A stretch of DNA of 51,686 bases from Patescibacteria group bacterium (GCA_034716415.1 JAYEJB010000005.1:1-51686), one strand, 5' to 3'; positions 17,733 through 27,847 are shown, counted from the stretch's first letter. Translations and numbers: made by a program. Notes: generated by a model not told the origin, from the sequence alone.

Positions 17733-18197
17733 ATGGTATCGGAACATGAGACCGAAACGTTGCTTTGTGACGTCCTGCGTACCTTCGAGGAGGTCTTGAA
17801 ACAGGTGTGCGGTCAGGACACGGCTTCACCCGGAGACGCCGCAGATTGGTCGGCGGAGAATCCGACCAAAGGCCACTGCGCCGTCTTCGCCCTGTTGTTC
17901 CAGGAGATCTTCGGTGGAGAGCTGATGCGAACCGTGCCAGAAGGATTCGGCTCGCACTACTACAACATGCTGCCCCACGGCACGCTGTTCGGGCTGCCAG
18001 GCAACACCCACGTCGATCTCACCTGGGATCAGTTCCCTGACGGGACGGTCTTCCCGGCCGGAGAACCACGGGACCGCGACTACGTCCTGAATTCCGACGC
18101 GGCCAGGAACGCCGGAACACCAGAGCGGTACGAGCTGTTCAAGCACAGGTTCTGGGCGGCGCTCGCTGCTGCCGCACTCAAGGGCCTGGACATCTGA
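17733..18197 (+). CDS. YunG-like protein
   Basis: W..ENP..GHCAV.AL..Q..FGGE, HYYN, DLT.DQF, T..RY..F; AAGGAG SD. Confidence 0.75.
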   Translation: MVSEHETETLLCDVLRTFEEVLKQVCGQDTASPGDAADWSAENPTKGHCAVFALLFQEIFGGELMRTVPEGFGSHYYNMLPHGTLFGLPGNTHVDLTWDQFPDGTVFPAGEPRDRDYVLNSDAARNAGTPERYELFKHRFWAALAAAALKGLDI

Positions 18198-18254
18198 CCG
18201 CCGCCTCCCGAATCGCAAAACCTTCCTCGCGGAAGGTTCTTTTTTATCCTGGAC

Positions 18255-18725
18255 TTATTGTATCCCGCTGGGATTCGCGATATGCACACCAGCGACCAGA
18301 TCACCGACCGACTCACCCAGACAGAACTCGATCTGAAACTCTCCCCCGCCCGGCGTCGAATACGAATAATCATTGTCCCCCTCAGAGCAGGTTCCATCCC
18401 ATGGTGTCGGCGCGGTCGGCACGATTCCCTGGAAGACATCCTCACCGGAACCGCAGGCTGTCTTGAAACCTCCGGCGCAGAGCGAACTGAACGCACCGCT
18501 ACCCAACGTGACCGCCGACAGCTCGGTCGGATAACCGTTGTAATCGTTGTTATACAGCTCCAACGACATCACGATCTGCCGGACATCGGCGACACGCTTG
18601 ACGTTCCGACCCTTCTCGCGCGCGTTGCTGATCGCCAACACGGCGATAGACGACAAAGTACCGATGATGGCGATGACCACCAGCAGTTCTACCAAGCTGA
18701 ATGCGCGATGTCGTGCTTGTTCCAT
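18255..18725 (-). CDS. Type IV pilin / GspG-like prepilin
   Basis: AFSLVELLVVIAIIG.L prepilin motif; AR.K.R..KR.AD...I...LELY..D...YP. Confidence 0.9.
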   Translation of the reverse strand: MEQARHRAFSLVELLVVIAIIGTLSSIAVLAISNAREKGRNVKRVADVRQIVMSLELYNNDYNGYPTELSAVTLGSGAFSSLCAGGFKTACGSGEDVFQGIVPTAPTPWDGTCSEGDNDYSYSTPGGGEFQIEFCLGESVGDLVAGVHIANPSGIQ

Positions 18726-18727
18726 TA

Positions 18728-19330
18728 CTACAGTATACCAAGAATGATCAGTATGCCGTATATGGCCAGCCCACCTCCGGCGATCTCACGCTTGCGCGGC
18801 AGGCGATCCAGGAATGAAGAGAAGTAGATGACCAGGACCAGCTGGATCAGCGTGGCCACGACGATGCCGGCCGTTACGCTGAAAGCACTGGCCAAATGAC
18901 TACCGTACAACGGAATCATCGCCGCTATATCATCGATCAGCGTTATCAGAGACACCGTGAATCCGGCCATCATCAGCATGATGAACCGCCCGGTCGAAAT
19001 GATGCCGTTCTTGAACGGCCAGTCCTTCTTCTTCTGAGGCCGTGCTCCGGGGAACACCCCAAACATCGTTACGATGGCCATGACTAGCACCAGCCCGCCA
19101 GCCACCAAATGGAAATACTCGAAATCCGCGAACAGGAACGACAGGAATGCCGCAAGCGCGATGACGACCAGCACCGCCAGCAAGTTTCCGATAGAGAAAG
19201 CCACCTTGCCCATGCGTGTCCTGGTGATATGCGAAATGACCGGCACCTTAGTGATGGTGTCGTCCAGACTGGCTATAAACTTCACAGTGAAACCAGCGAA
19301 GAAGGCAATCAGAATCTGCTCCCAACTCAT
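18728..19330 (-). CDS. CadD-like (LysE superfamily) membrane transporter
   Basis: Multi-TM; repeated (S/L)(L/I)DD....(V/I)P motifs in both halves. Confidence 0.6.
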   Translation of the reverse strand: MSWEQILIAFFAGFTVKFIASLDDTITKVPVISHITRTRMGKVAFSIGNLLAVLVVIALAAFLSFLFADFEYFHLVAGGLVLVMAIVTMFGVFPGARPQKKKDWPFKNGIISTGRFIMLMMAGFTVSLITLIDDIAAMIPLYGSHLASAFSVTAGIVVATLIQLVLVIYFSSFLDRLPRKREIAGGGLAIYGILIILGIL

Positions 19331-19452
19331 ATTTACCTTAATAAGATAACATGAGTACCGCATTCGACCAATCCCGGATGTTTGACAGTACGGTCCCTGA
19401 TGCTAAGTTACATAATCGCTCCTTTTCCATGTCTTTAGCATAGGAGGCTGAA

Positions 19453-20241
19453 ATGACTGACATATCCGCCGATAAACCGACGACCGATGACGGGTGTCAA
19501 TACCATCTGGAAACCAGGAGTGGTGACCTGGCTGACCGCTGTCTACTCGTAGGCTCGCCGGAACGAGCGGAAATGATCGCAAAAACCTACTTCACTGACG
19601 CGATCAAGGTCGGTCACCACCGGGGGCTGAGAGCCTTCAGCGGAAAATATCAGGGAAAATACTTTTCCGTCGTGACGACCGGCATGGGGAGCGCCTCGAC
19701 CGGTATCGTCCTGCCGGAAGCGGTCCGATCAGGCGCTCGCGCCTTTATCCGCGTCGGCAGCTGCGGCGTACTGCACGCCGACCTGCCCCCGGGATCGTCC
19801 TGCGTCTGCAAAGCCGCGGTCCGACTGGACGGAGCGAGCGAGAACTGGGCTCCAATCCAGTATCCGGCGTTCGCGGACCCGCATATGGCCGTCGCGCTCG
19901 AACGAGCTGCCCGGCGGCTGGATCTCGAGTTCCCATGGCGCGCCGGCGTCGGCATCACCACGACCTGCTTCAACGAAGGTCAGGCAAGACCGGACGACAA
20001 CGGTTACATACCACCACGCATCAAGATGATGCACGACGAGCTGGTGCAACGCGGCGCTCTTTTCTACTCGATGGAGGAGGCGACGCTCTTCGTCTGGTGC
20101 GCGACACATGGTGAAATCCCCTGCGGCGCAGTGGACGCCGTCTATGCCAATCGCTTGACCAAAGACTTCGCCACCATCGGGGACGAACAAGCCGCTCGCA
20201 TCGCCCTGGAGGCGTTCCGGACTTTCGATTTCAACCGCTGA
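19453..20241 (+). CDS. Nucleoside phosphorylase (uridine phosphorylase-like, PNP/UDP family)
   Basis: LLVGSPER, TGMGS.S..I..PE, IRVGSCG, SMEEA. Confidence 0.88.
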   Translation: MTDISADKPTTDDGCQYHLETRSGDLADRCLLVGSPERAEMIAKTYFTDAIKVGHHRGLRAFSGKYQGKYFSVVTTGMGSASTGIVLPEAVRSGARAFIRVGSCGVLHADLPPGSSCVCKAAVRLDGASENWAPIQYPAFADPHMAVALERAARRLDLEFPWRAGVGITTTCFNEGQARPDDNGYIPPRIKMMHDELVQRGALFYSMEEATLFVWCATHGEIPCGAVDAVYANRLTKDFATIGDEQAARIALEAFRTFDFNR

Positions 20242-20394
20242 TACGAAACCGACAAGATCCTATGGGGTCTTTTTTGTCGAAATCGAAGAGGTGAAGAGAC
20301 CAAGAGCCTAAGAGGATTTATAATCAAATGACTTTTAGACTCTTAGACTCTTTATGTACACTGCGTTAGGATAAAAGCGTAACCACGAATACTT

Positions 20395-20997
20395 ATGGGA
20401 ACGATCCGCAAGACACTCCTCACACTCGGCTTCGCCGCGCTGGCGATAGCAGTGTTGCTGTTCGTCGGCAACTCCATCTTCCGCGGCGGCGACAAGGTCG
20501 ATGTGACCTCGCAGGCGATACTCGAACGGATATCCGACAACTACTTCGTTGTGACCAAGTCCGCTTTCGTGGACGAAATGACCGAAATCACGATCGACAA
20601 AGGTTCGTCCTGGTCGAATTTCTTCTGGGGTCAGACGCTCACCGCGCGCGGACGCGTGCGCATCGACATCGGAGTCGACCTCTCCGGAATCACGGAAGAC
20701 GACATCGTCATCGATCACGCCAATAAGACGGTCGTCATCGCCGTACCGCAGGCCGAAATTCTGGACGCGAGCCAGCACGGCAACATCGAGGTCGAAAGCA
20801 AACAGGGAATCCTGAAGACGCTCCTCGACAGCGATCCGAACGACGACCATAACCGCGCACTCGCCCAACTCATCACGGAAGCGAAAGTCGCGGTATCGGA
20901 GGACACATCGCTCTTCGTTGAAGCACGAAACGATTCCACTCGCATACTCGAACTGATCGTACAGAGCTTCGGTTATACCCTCGCTGTTCCGGAATAG
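20395..20997 (+). CDS. DUF4230 domain protein
   Basis: N-terminal TM, G.V..GVDLS.I, I.VP.AEI, A..............EA. Confidence 0.75.
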   Translation: MGTIRKTLLTLGFAALAIAVLLFVGNSIFRGGDKVDVTSQAILERISDNYFVVTKSAFVDEMTEITIDKGSSWSNFFWGQTLTARGRVRIDIGVDLSGITEDDIVIDHANKTVVIAVPQAEILDASQHGNIEVESKQGILKTLLDSDPNDDHNRALAQLITEAKVAVSEDTSLFVEARNDSTRILELIVQSFGYTLAVPE

Positions 20998-21024
20998 GAC
21001 ACCGACACGCTTAATCAAACGACT

Positions 21025-21360
21025 ATGTTCAAAAAGAATAAGAAGTATGGCGACTGCGTCACGCTGACTAAACACGCGCTACTGCACGCGCTCGGCGTGT
21101 TTCTCTACACCGCGGCCGTGTCTTGGCTGTTGATGCACGGAGAAAGACTGTTCGGTACCGGCCAACACCTGATGCAGCCTGTCGCCGTACTGATGCTGTT
21201 GGTGCTGTCGGTCGCCTTGGTCGGCACGCTCATATTCGGCTATCCGGTCTGGCTGTATCTTGAGAGTAAAAAGAAAGAGAGCGTAAAGATGCTCGTCGCG
21301 ACGCTGGTGTTCCTGTTCCTGCTGACTGCGGTTGCGCTGGTGATCAACGTCATAGTCTGA
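21025..21360 (+). CDS. Hypothetical 3-TM membrane protein
   Basis: Three hydrophobic segments, LIFGYP motif. Confidence 0.75.
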   Translation: MFKKNKKYGDCVTLTKHALLHALGVFLYTAAVSWLLMHGERLFGTGQHLMQPVAVLMLLVLSVALVGTLIFGYPVWLYLESKKKESVKMLVATLVFLFLLTAVALVINVIV

Positions 21361-21371
21361 ACCGACGAAAT

Positions 21372-21530
21372 TCAGGAATGAAGACTCCCCGGGCTGAAGC
21401 CTGGGGTATCTGACATATTATGACTTCTTTCATCCGCCGAAGCCCACCCGCCTTCGCCAAGGCTACGGCGGGTCCGCATCTCACATTCATCCACGGGCTG
21501 AAGCCCGTGGTTTTCTGCGGAGGCGGATAA
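21372..21530. mobile_element. Non-autonomous IS200/IS605-end-like element with internal REP
   Basis: Two related hairpins CCCCGGGCTGAAGCCTGGGG (21387-21406) and CCACGGGCTGAAGCCCGTGG (21491-21510) around REP 21446-21473; no transposase. Confidence 0.55.
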
Positions 21531-21558
21531 AAAAGCGCCCGCATGATCTGCGGGCGTT

Positions 21559-21966
21559 TTAGCATTCTTCCCGGAAGACACCTCCGGCATCGATCGCTAT
21601 CGGGACCGGAGGATGACCGTTGCGCATGATGATGACAGGATAGTAACCTGTTTCAACGGCTCGCTCCAGCATCTGGGCAAGCGCGGGAAACAGGCTCTGC
21701 AACATTCCGCGCAGCCAAGACGGCGCGATGCCGCGCACGACCGGCCTCAATCCCTTGTCGCGAAACCTGCTCCAGTCCTCATCCGGGCAAAGACGATCGA
21801 CGATCAGTATGCGGTGCGGCCCGTCGACATCGATGACGAACGGCAGGATCTCATCGCGACCGTATCCGACCTCGTGCGCCCTGGCGATATCTTCGAGGAT
21901 CGCTTGCTGGAAGTATCCGAACGTTTTCTGGACCGAAGTCAACAATTCCGGCGGTAATTCTGCCAT
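21559..21966 (-). CDS. Hypothetical protein, member of local paralog family
   Basis: SD-led; shares pattern with 25285, 25781 and 26256 ORFs. Confidence 0.7.
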   Translation of the reverse strand: MAELPPELLTSVQKTFGYFQQAILEDIARAHEVGYGRDEILPFVIDVDGPHRILIVDRLCPDEDWSRFRDKGLRPVVRGIAPSWLRGMLQSLFPALAQMLERAVETGYYPVIIMRNGHPPVPIAIDAGGVFREEC

Positions 21967-22110
21967 CGCATCCTCTCAAAGTTCAAGATTTGAGCTTAGC
22001 CGAATCGGGTTTGAAGGTCAATCATGGACTGAGATCCAAACACCCGCCGAACCGGCGGGTGTCTTTCTCGATTCTTTGACATTCGAATCTTGCGCGCCCT
22101 GAAGGCCGCT

Positions 22111-23715
22111 CTACAACATGGGAATCCTGAAGCCGAACGTGGAGCCTTTGTCGCGTCCTTCCGACTCCACGATCATCGATCCGTCGTGCGCGTCCACGAA
22201 CTGCTTGGCGATGAAGATGCCCAGACCCTCACCGCGTGACTGCAGCTTGACCGCCGACATGCCCCGCTCGAAGACCCGGAAAAGCGACTTCAGGTCGTCT
22301 TCGGTAAGCCCTATGCCGGTATCGGTCACGCGAACCTCGGCGTTATCCTCGTCCACGGAAATCGTGATGATGACCTCTCCCCTCTCCGTGTACTTGACCG
22401 CGTTGTCGACGAAGTTCATCAGGACATGGTAGATGGCGCCGCTATCACAGTGTACGGTCGGCATGCCGGGAGCGACGTAAAACCGTATATTCAGACCTTT
22501 CTTGGTCGCTAACGGCGCGACCTCCTTGACGAGGCGACCTACTACCGTGCCCAGATCCGTATCGGTCTTATAGAGTTCAATCTTGCCGAGCTCGATCTTC
22601 GCGACGTCCAGGAACGTCTGTGTCGTCTTGATGAGACGCTCCAGCACCTCCATGTTCGATTTCAGGACTTCCTGCAGTTTCATCGGCACTTTGCCGAACT
22701 CACCCTGGTTCGCCATGTTCAGATAGATGTGTATCGAAGTCAGCGGCGAACTCAGCTGATGCGCGACGAGCGACACGAACTTGGTCTTGAGACGATCCGC
22801 CTCGATCAGACGGCCGTTCATCCTGATGATCTGCTCCTGCATGACCTCGTTCTTCTGTAGCTGCTTGATCTCACGGAACAGGATGCGCGTCGTCATTATG
22901 CCGTAGAAGATGAGCATGACGAGTACCGCCAGCCGGAAGGTGAAGTCGAAGATGGTCTCGGCCGACACCACTATGTCCGCGATGAAAATGAACAGCGCTA
23001 TGAAGATCAGCACCTCGACGCCGATCAGACGCAAGTCCACGAGCAGCCGCCGCTTGATGATGAACGGAACGATGATGACCACGCCGCCAATGAGCGACAC
23101 TAGCGTCAGCAGGTAGTTCACGTCCTGCGCCATCGTCGAGCTGAAGAGCACGCCGAACACCGAGTGGAACGCGATGATGGCGCCCGCGATGACCGGAAAC
23201 AGTTCCTTCGGATCGATCTGCTTCCTGACACGGGACGCGTACAGTAGCACGGCCAGGGACGCCACGACGAACAGTGAGAAGTGCAGCGCGAACAGAGCGC
23301 GACCGCCACCCATGATGGGCGTGCCGAACTTCGACGTCGTGATCAGATAATTACTGCCGTAGACAAGCCAGAGTATCGCCACGTTCGGCAGGAAAGTCAG
23401 CACCCACACCACCTTCGGCACCCTGTCCGGCATCAGATAGGTCAGACTGAACAAGTAGTAGAACGCCGGAATCATCGAGCCGATGAAGAACAGCGTCCTG
23501 AACCAGAATATCGACTGACCGGCCGGGGTCGGGATGCGCCAGAACGCGAAACACAACAGCCAAATCGCGACCATCATGATCACTCCGGAGAATGCTGTGT
23601 GTCTCTGACCACCTCGGCCCTCCACCGCGACCCATACGCTGAAGGCGAACATCAGCAGGACGGCGGAAAGTGATCCGTACACCAGCGCTTGTTGTATAAG
23701 TTGCTCTGAGAACAT
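22111..23715 (-). CDS. Sensor histidine kinase with multi-TM (HisKA_7TM-like) N-terminus
   Basis: H-box VAHQLSSPL, NFVDNAVKYT, DTGIG, GEGLGIFIAK, GSTF. Confidence 0.93.
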   Translation of the reverse strand: MFSEQLIQQALVYGSLSAVLLMFAFSVWVAVEGRGGQRHTAFSGVIMMVAIWLLCFAFWRIPTPAGQSIFWFRTLFFIGSMIPAFYYLFSLTYLMPDRVPKVVWVLTFLPNVAILWLVYGSNYLITTSKFGTPIMGGGRALFALHFSLFVVASLAVLLYASRVRKQIDPKELFPVIAGAIIAFHSVFGVLFSSTMAQDVNYLLTLVSLIGGVVIIVPFIIKRRLLVDLRLIGVEVLIFIALFIFIADIVVSAETIFDFTFRLAVLVMLIFYGIMTTRILFREIKQLQKNEVMQEQIIRMNGRLIEADRLKTKFVSLVAHQLSSPLTSIHIYLNMANQGEFGKVPMKLQEVLKSNMEVLERLIKTTQTFLDVAKIELGKIELYKTDTDLGTVVGRLVKEVAPLATKKGLNIRFYVAPGMPTVHCDSGAIYHVLMNFVDNAVKYTERGEVIITISVDEDNAEVRVTDTGIGLTEDDLKSLFRVFERGMSAVKLQSRGEGLGIFIAKQFVDAHDGSMIVESEGRDKGSTFGFRIPML

Positions 23716-23721
23716 AGGCGT

Positions 23722-24126
23722 TTATTTGCTCCTTCCCCCGAGCAGCTTGGTGAGCTGCTTGACGACGTCGTCGGGTAAAGTGGTGGATTTCGTAAGATAC
23801 GCTTCGGCGCCCCCGCGCATGCCCATCTCCTCATCTTCCTTCTGGGAGAGGGACGTCAACATGATGACCGGGATGCTCTTGGTCTTTTCACTCTTCTTGA
23901 GTTCGCGCAGGACCTGAAAACCGTCGATACCCGGCATAAGAATATCCAGGATGATGGCGTTCGGTTTTTCCTTTTTGGCTGCCTCGATGCCGTCCGTGCC
24001 GTTCTCCATCAACAAGACTTCATACCCGACTTTCTTAAGGGTCAAGATATAGATCTGCGCCAGAAACCTGTCGTCATCTATGACGAGTATCTTGGTCTTC
24101 TTCGCGGCTTTTTTCTTTAGGGGCAT
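23722..24126 (-). CDS. Single-domain response regulator (CheY-like receiver)
   Basis: ILVIDDD, IILDILMPGIDG, IPVIMLT, YLTK. Confidence 0.93.
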   Translation of the reverse strand: MPLKKKAAKKTKILVIDDDRFLAQIYILTLKKVGYEVLLMENGTDGIEAAKKEKPNAIILDILMPGIDGFQVLRELKKSEKTKSIPVIMLTSLSQKEDEEMGMRGGAEAYLTKSTTLPDDVVKQLTKLLGGRSK

Positions 24127-24328
24127 GTTCAGCAATTTATTAAGCAGACGTATTCCGCCCTTCTTATCTTATAATAGCATATAGCCGAAAGCTAAACCAC
24201 AATCCGAGAGACATTTTTCCACAATATTCTTTTAAAGTGAGAGGGTGAGAAAGCGACAGTCTTACCCCTTCCCCACCAAAAACCCCGGGCTTCAAACCCA
24301 GGGTTTTTCTCTTTCCTGAAAGCGACTT

Positions 24329-25198
24329 CTAGTAAAGTCCGTCCGTTCCCGCTATGTCTCCGGCGTTCAGGTCACGCTTCATCGTCTCGCCGTAATCGGC
24401 GTAAGCGTACATCGTCTCTTCGACGCAGGTACTGTCCGGATGACCGAGTCCAATGCTATGTCCGAGTTCATGCGTGGCGATATTCTCGAAATCCATCATC
24501 CCCTCTTCACCGGTCGCGGACCAGGCGAAATCGACCTGTTCGAACACCATGTCCCATTCCATCAACTGTCGCGCTTTCGGCGGACCTCCGAACACTCCCC
24601 AAACGACAGTGACCGCGATGACGCCCGACCCCTCGATGTCTCCGAAGTAGACCTCGTTCAGACCGTCCGGCGCGGACATGTCAGCGACCAGAGTGACGAT
24701 TGTGGACGCGCCGCCCCCGAGAATGTCAGCCCCCGCTCCATCCCCCATCGTTCCGTCCGCGGCGTCCTCCCACTTGTCGACATCAGCGACGAGATTGGCC
24801 AGGACATACTCGGACGTAAGACCGTAAGGATTGGTCGGATTGACGTACCACGGTTCGACCGTCTTCCACATCGCGCCCCTGGCCATGTAGGAGTAACAAC
24901 TGCTCGCGGCATCGTCCTTCGGCGGCTTGGGCGGTTTGACCGCGTGGTCGGGTTTGACGTTGTTGCCCCGGCGGTGAATGACGGCATAACCCTCGACTAC
25001 CTCGCCGGACTGCGAATCGACCGCGCTACCGAGCGAGATGACGCGTGAGTGGGCCGCGGCTTCCGGCAGATGCAGGACCTTCTCCGTGCCCGGCGTGGAC
25101 AGGTTCATGTCGTGCTTAAGCTGACCTGTAGCCGCGACACTGGCCGCCGAGAGCAGTAGCGGCGCTGCGGCGATAGCGTATTTAAGTTTGTTATTCAT
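24329..25198 (-). CDS. Secreted matrixin-like (M10) zinc metalloprotease
   Basis: Signal peptide from MNNKLKY; HELGHSIGLGH, Met-turn TMY, L...DI.G...LY. Confidence 0.88.
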   Translation of the reverse strand: MNNKLKYAIAAAPLLLSAASVAATGQLKHDMNLSTPGTEKVLHLPEAAAHSRVISLGSAVDSQSGEVVEGYAVIHRRGNNVKPDHAVKPPKPPKDDAASSCYSYMARGAMWKTVEPWYVNPTNPYGLTSEYVLANLVADVDKWEDAADGTMGDGAGADILGGGASTIVTLVADMSAPDGLNEVYFGDIEGSGVIAVTVVWGVFGGPPKARQLMEWDMVFEQVDFAWSATGEEGMMDFENIATHELGHSIGLGHPDSTCVEETMYAYADYGETMKRDLNAGDIAGTDGLY

Positions 25199-25284
25199 AT
25201 GGTTGTTTACGATTGATGTCTTGTTACTCCCCGCATGATATATGGATGGTCGGATGAAAAACCACCGAACGAATCGGCGGTCTG

Positions 25285-25680
25285 TCAGTTCGACGGCTGG
25301 TCGAGTTGGACAAGCCAGAAATTCAGAAGCGAGATGCCCCCGTGCGCGAATATCAGGATAAAGACCGCGCCTTCCGTCGGTTTCTGCTTCAAGTGATCTC
25401 CATGGGCTGTCCCGTCCATGAGCATGATCGCGTCTGACGTGGAGCATGACGTGCTGATGGACTTCACCGACTTGGCTACGGCGGCGCACTGCGCGGCGAG
25501 CTCCGGCATCTGATTGCGGACGATGTCGACCGTGAACTCATCCGTCATGTCGAAAAGCAGCAGGGTGAGATCTTCGGGCTGCGCACCCTCGGCGATCTTC
25601 TCCATCACCAGCTGCCTTAACGAATCGGCATTTTCATCAAGAAACTCCAGTATCGGATCATGAATGTCTGACGAACTCAC
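25285..25680 (-). CDS. Hypothetical protein, local paralog family
   Basis: AAGGAGG SD + GTG; LLLFDMTDE motif. Confidence 0.75.
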   Translation of the reverse strand: MSSSDIHDPILEFLDENADSLRQLVMEKIAEGAQPEDLTLLLFDMTDEFTVDIVRNQMPELAAQCAAVAKSVKSISTSCSTSDAIMLMDGTAHGDHLKQKPTEGAVFILIFAHGGISLLNFWLVQLDQPSN

Positions 25681-25780
25681 GACTTACCTCCTTGTGAAGA
25701 ACGTTATCTGCACTCTACAGGTTCGACGCAGAATCTCAAACATATCCTGACGAACAAAAAAACCGAACAGGACTATCTGT

Positions 25781-26167
25781 TCAGTTCGAAGATTTGTCGG
25801 GTGCCACCAGCGGAACGGTGAAGTTGAAGATGTACCCTCCGGCGACAGTCAGCAGTGATATTTTCTCCTCTGACAAACCCTCCAGAAGTAAGGACTCCAA
25901 TTCTGCCATCTTCGCCAACTCGATGCCGCCTTCCGGACTGACCGACATCAGGATGATGTCTCCATTCTCATAATCATCCACACTGACGTCAGGCATGCTT
26001 TGTCTGACGATTCCGCGCGCGATCTCATCAGACATATCAAGAAGCACTAACACGAAATCATCGAGGCCCTGTCCTTCGGAGATATCCTCCAGGGCTATCT
26101 TCCTCAACTCTTCGGCGTTCGCCTTGACCAGCTCCAGATGATATTCAGCCATCTCAGACAGCTCCAT
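25781..26167 (-). CDS. Hypothetical protein, local paralog family
   Basis: AAAGGAGG SD; LVLLDMSDE motif. Confidence 0.75.
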   Translation of the reverse strand: MELSEMAEYHLELVKANAEELRKIALEDISEGQGLDDFVLVLLDMSDEIARGIVRQSMPDVSVDDYENGDIILMSVSPEGGIELAKMAELESLLLEGLSEEKISLLTVAGGYIFNFTVPLVAPDKSSN

Positions 26168-26255
26168 CTACTGACCTCCTTTTGCCTGTCTGGACAATAT
26201 TATCAGAACGTCCTGAAAAGACAAAAAGACCGCCCTTGGAGGCAGTCTATAAGTA

Positions 26256-27068
26256 TCAATTCACCGATAAAGGATCGGCGGGCCGATGCGTGACCGATAC
26301 GTGGATATATTTCGGGACGATCCGTTTGCCGACGATGACCAGCGTCAGGATCTTGCCTTCGGGCACCGGCTTCGCGATCAGTCTCTCGAGGCCTGGCGCA
26401 CTTTCCGCCAACCCGCTCACTTTCTCGAGGTCCATGACGCCGGCGGCGACAGGCAGTCGTTCCACCGAAGCGCTGGCGACCCTGCTGTCGTCTGGCGTGA
26501 GAGCGATTACCAGCTCGCGAGACTCCGGATCGGTCATGTCGACGATCAGCCCAAAGGTCTCACGCAATGACCAGCCCTGGTTGACCGCGCCTTCCGCCGC
26601 ATCCACGACCTGTCGCTGATAGGTCTTGAACAAGTGGTCGATCCGCTGACGCACGGTATCCGCTCCCTGGCTGTTCGAGGCTTCCACGGTCGAAGCCATG
26701 GACAACGGGAACGGCGCGACCATCCCTTCGGCCATGACGAACGTCGGGACGTGGTCTTCAGCCACGGGAATCTTGAGCGCCGCCGCCATGTCGGGCAGGG
26801 TCTTGGCCAGCGCGTCGATGACCTGTCGGTCCACCGCGACGCTCAATATCTTTCGACATCCCTCGCGATCTTCCACGGCATCGAAACCGAAATCCGTCTT
26901 CAACGCACGCAAGGCTTGGACGGTGAGGGGATCGTCGTAATCCACGATCAGAACGAAGATGTTCGACATCGCCTCACCCTTGGCGATCTCCATCCGAACC
27001 AGTTTCCTGGCCATATCGGCCATCACGTCAAACAACTTTGCCGCCGTCGCGGCCGCAATCAGACTCAT
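26256..27068 (-). CDS. Hypothetical protein with two tandem copies of the local paralog domain
   Basis: CAGGAGG SD; VLIVDYDDP and GLIVDMTDP motifs. Confidence 0.75.
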   Translation of the reverse strand: MSLIAAATAAKLFDVMADMARKLVRMEIAKGEAMSNIFVLIVDYDDPLTVQALRALKTDFGFDAVEDREGCRKILSVAVDRQVIDALAKTLPDMAAALKIPVAEDHVPTFVMAEGMVAPFPLSMASTVEASNSQGADTVRQRIDHLFKTYQRQVVDAAEGAVNQGWSLRETFGLIVDMTDPESRELVIALTPDDSRVASASVERLPVAAGVMDLEKVSGLAESAPGLERLIAKPVPEGKILTLVIVGKRIVPKYIHVSVTHRPADPLSVN

Positions 27069-27188
27069 CTTTACCTCCTGCAATGTACTTCATTTCACCC
27101 TACCGTCCTGACCGAAAATGTCAGCCCCCTGTCAGACGGGAATGGGCGTGTCCGTGCTATAATCAAAAAAGAAACTAAGCATGTAAAT

Positions 27189-27779
27189 ATGAAAAGAGTA
27201 CTCTTTCTGGCCTGTGCGCTGGCGCTCGTAGGCGTCGGTTGTCTCGGACCGGTCTCCGAAACGCGATAGCCGACCATCGACGACACCGAACCGATCACCG
27301 CACCCGAACCAGTCGGTCCTGACAGGGACAATCCGATCACGTTCGATATCACGAGCGGCGAATTCGCGGTAGAAAAAGGAATCACACGCATCAGCCGGAT
27401 GTTCACCGCGGAATCGCTCGCTACACAGGCCGAAGAATGCAACACGGACCTGGATGCCGCTCATTTCACGGAAGTGCTGGCACAATTCGGAGACAGGCGC
27501 GGCCTGACCTATACTTTCCTGTACCGCGAAGATTCACAAGAGCCGTCGAATTATTCGCTGACGGTGACAGAGAACGGTCCAGGTTACGCGACGCTCGAGG
27601 AATTCAGGAAGGACTTCACTGTCTGCGCCGCAGGAAGTACGGACCAACCATACGCACTCAACGAACACTGGCTGGTGTTCGAGAGTAGCTGCGGCTCCGG
27701 ATACGATGACGGTAGCGGACGTCCGCACGGCTGCGAGACGATTAGGGATATAATCACTGAAACGCTGGAACTGCACTAA
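27189..27779 (+). pseudogene. Lipoprotein gene interrupted by in-frame TAG at 27267-27269
   Basis: MKRVLFLACALALVGVGC lipobox; same frame continues open past TAG into the 27399-27779 ORF; terminator follows. Confidence 0.7.
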
Positions 27780-27794
27780 CGACGTGAGTGGATA

Positions 27795-27829
27795 AAAAGA
27801 GCCGCCAGCAAGACGCTGGCGGCTTTTTT
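27795..27829. terminator. Bidirectional intrinsic terminator
   Basis: AAAAGAGCCGCCAGC-AAGAC-GCTGGCGGCTTTTTT between convergent genes. Confidence 0.8.
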
Positions 27830-27847
27830 GAATTCCTTGCGGAAAGG

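Noticed and set aside
21350-21590. Small minus-strand ORFs (71-72 aa)
   Set aside because: Translations of the palindromic element, no SD or coding signal
27267-27269. Genome-wide stop-codon reassignment (TAG or TGA)
   Set aside because: TAG and TGA end many conserved genes at their expected lengths (tsaE, tsaD, smc, DUF4956, VTC, coaC)
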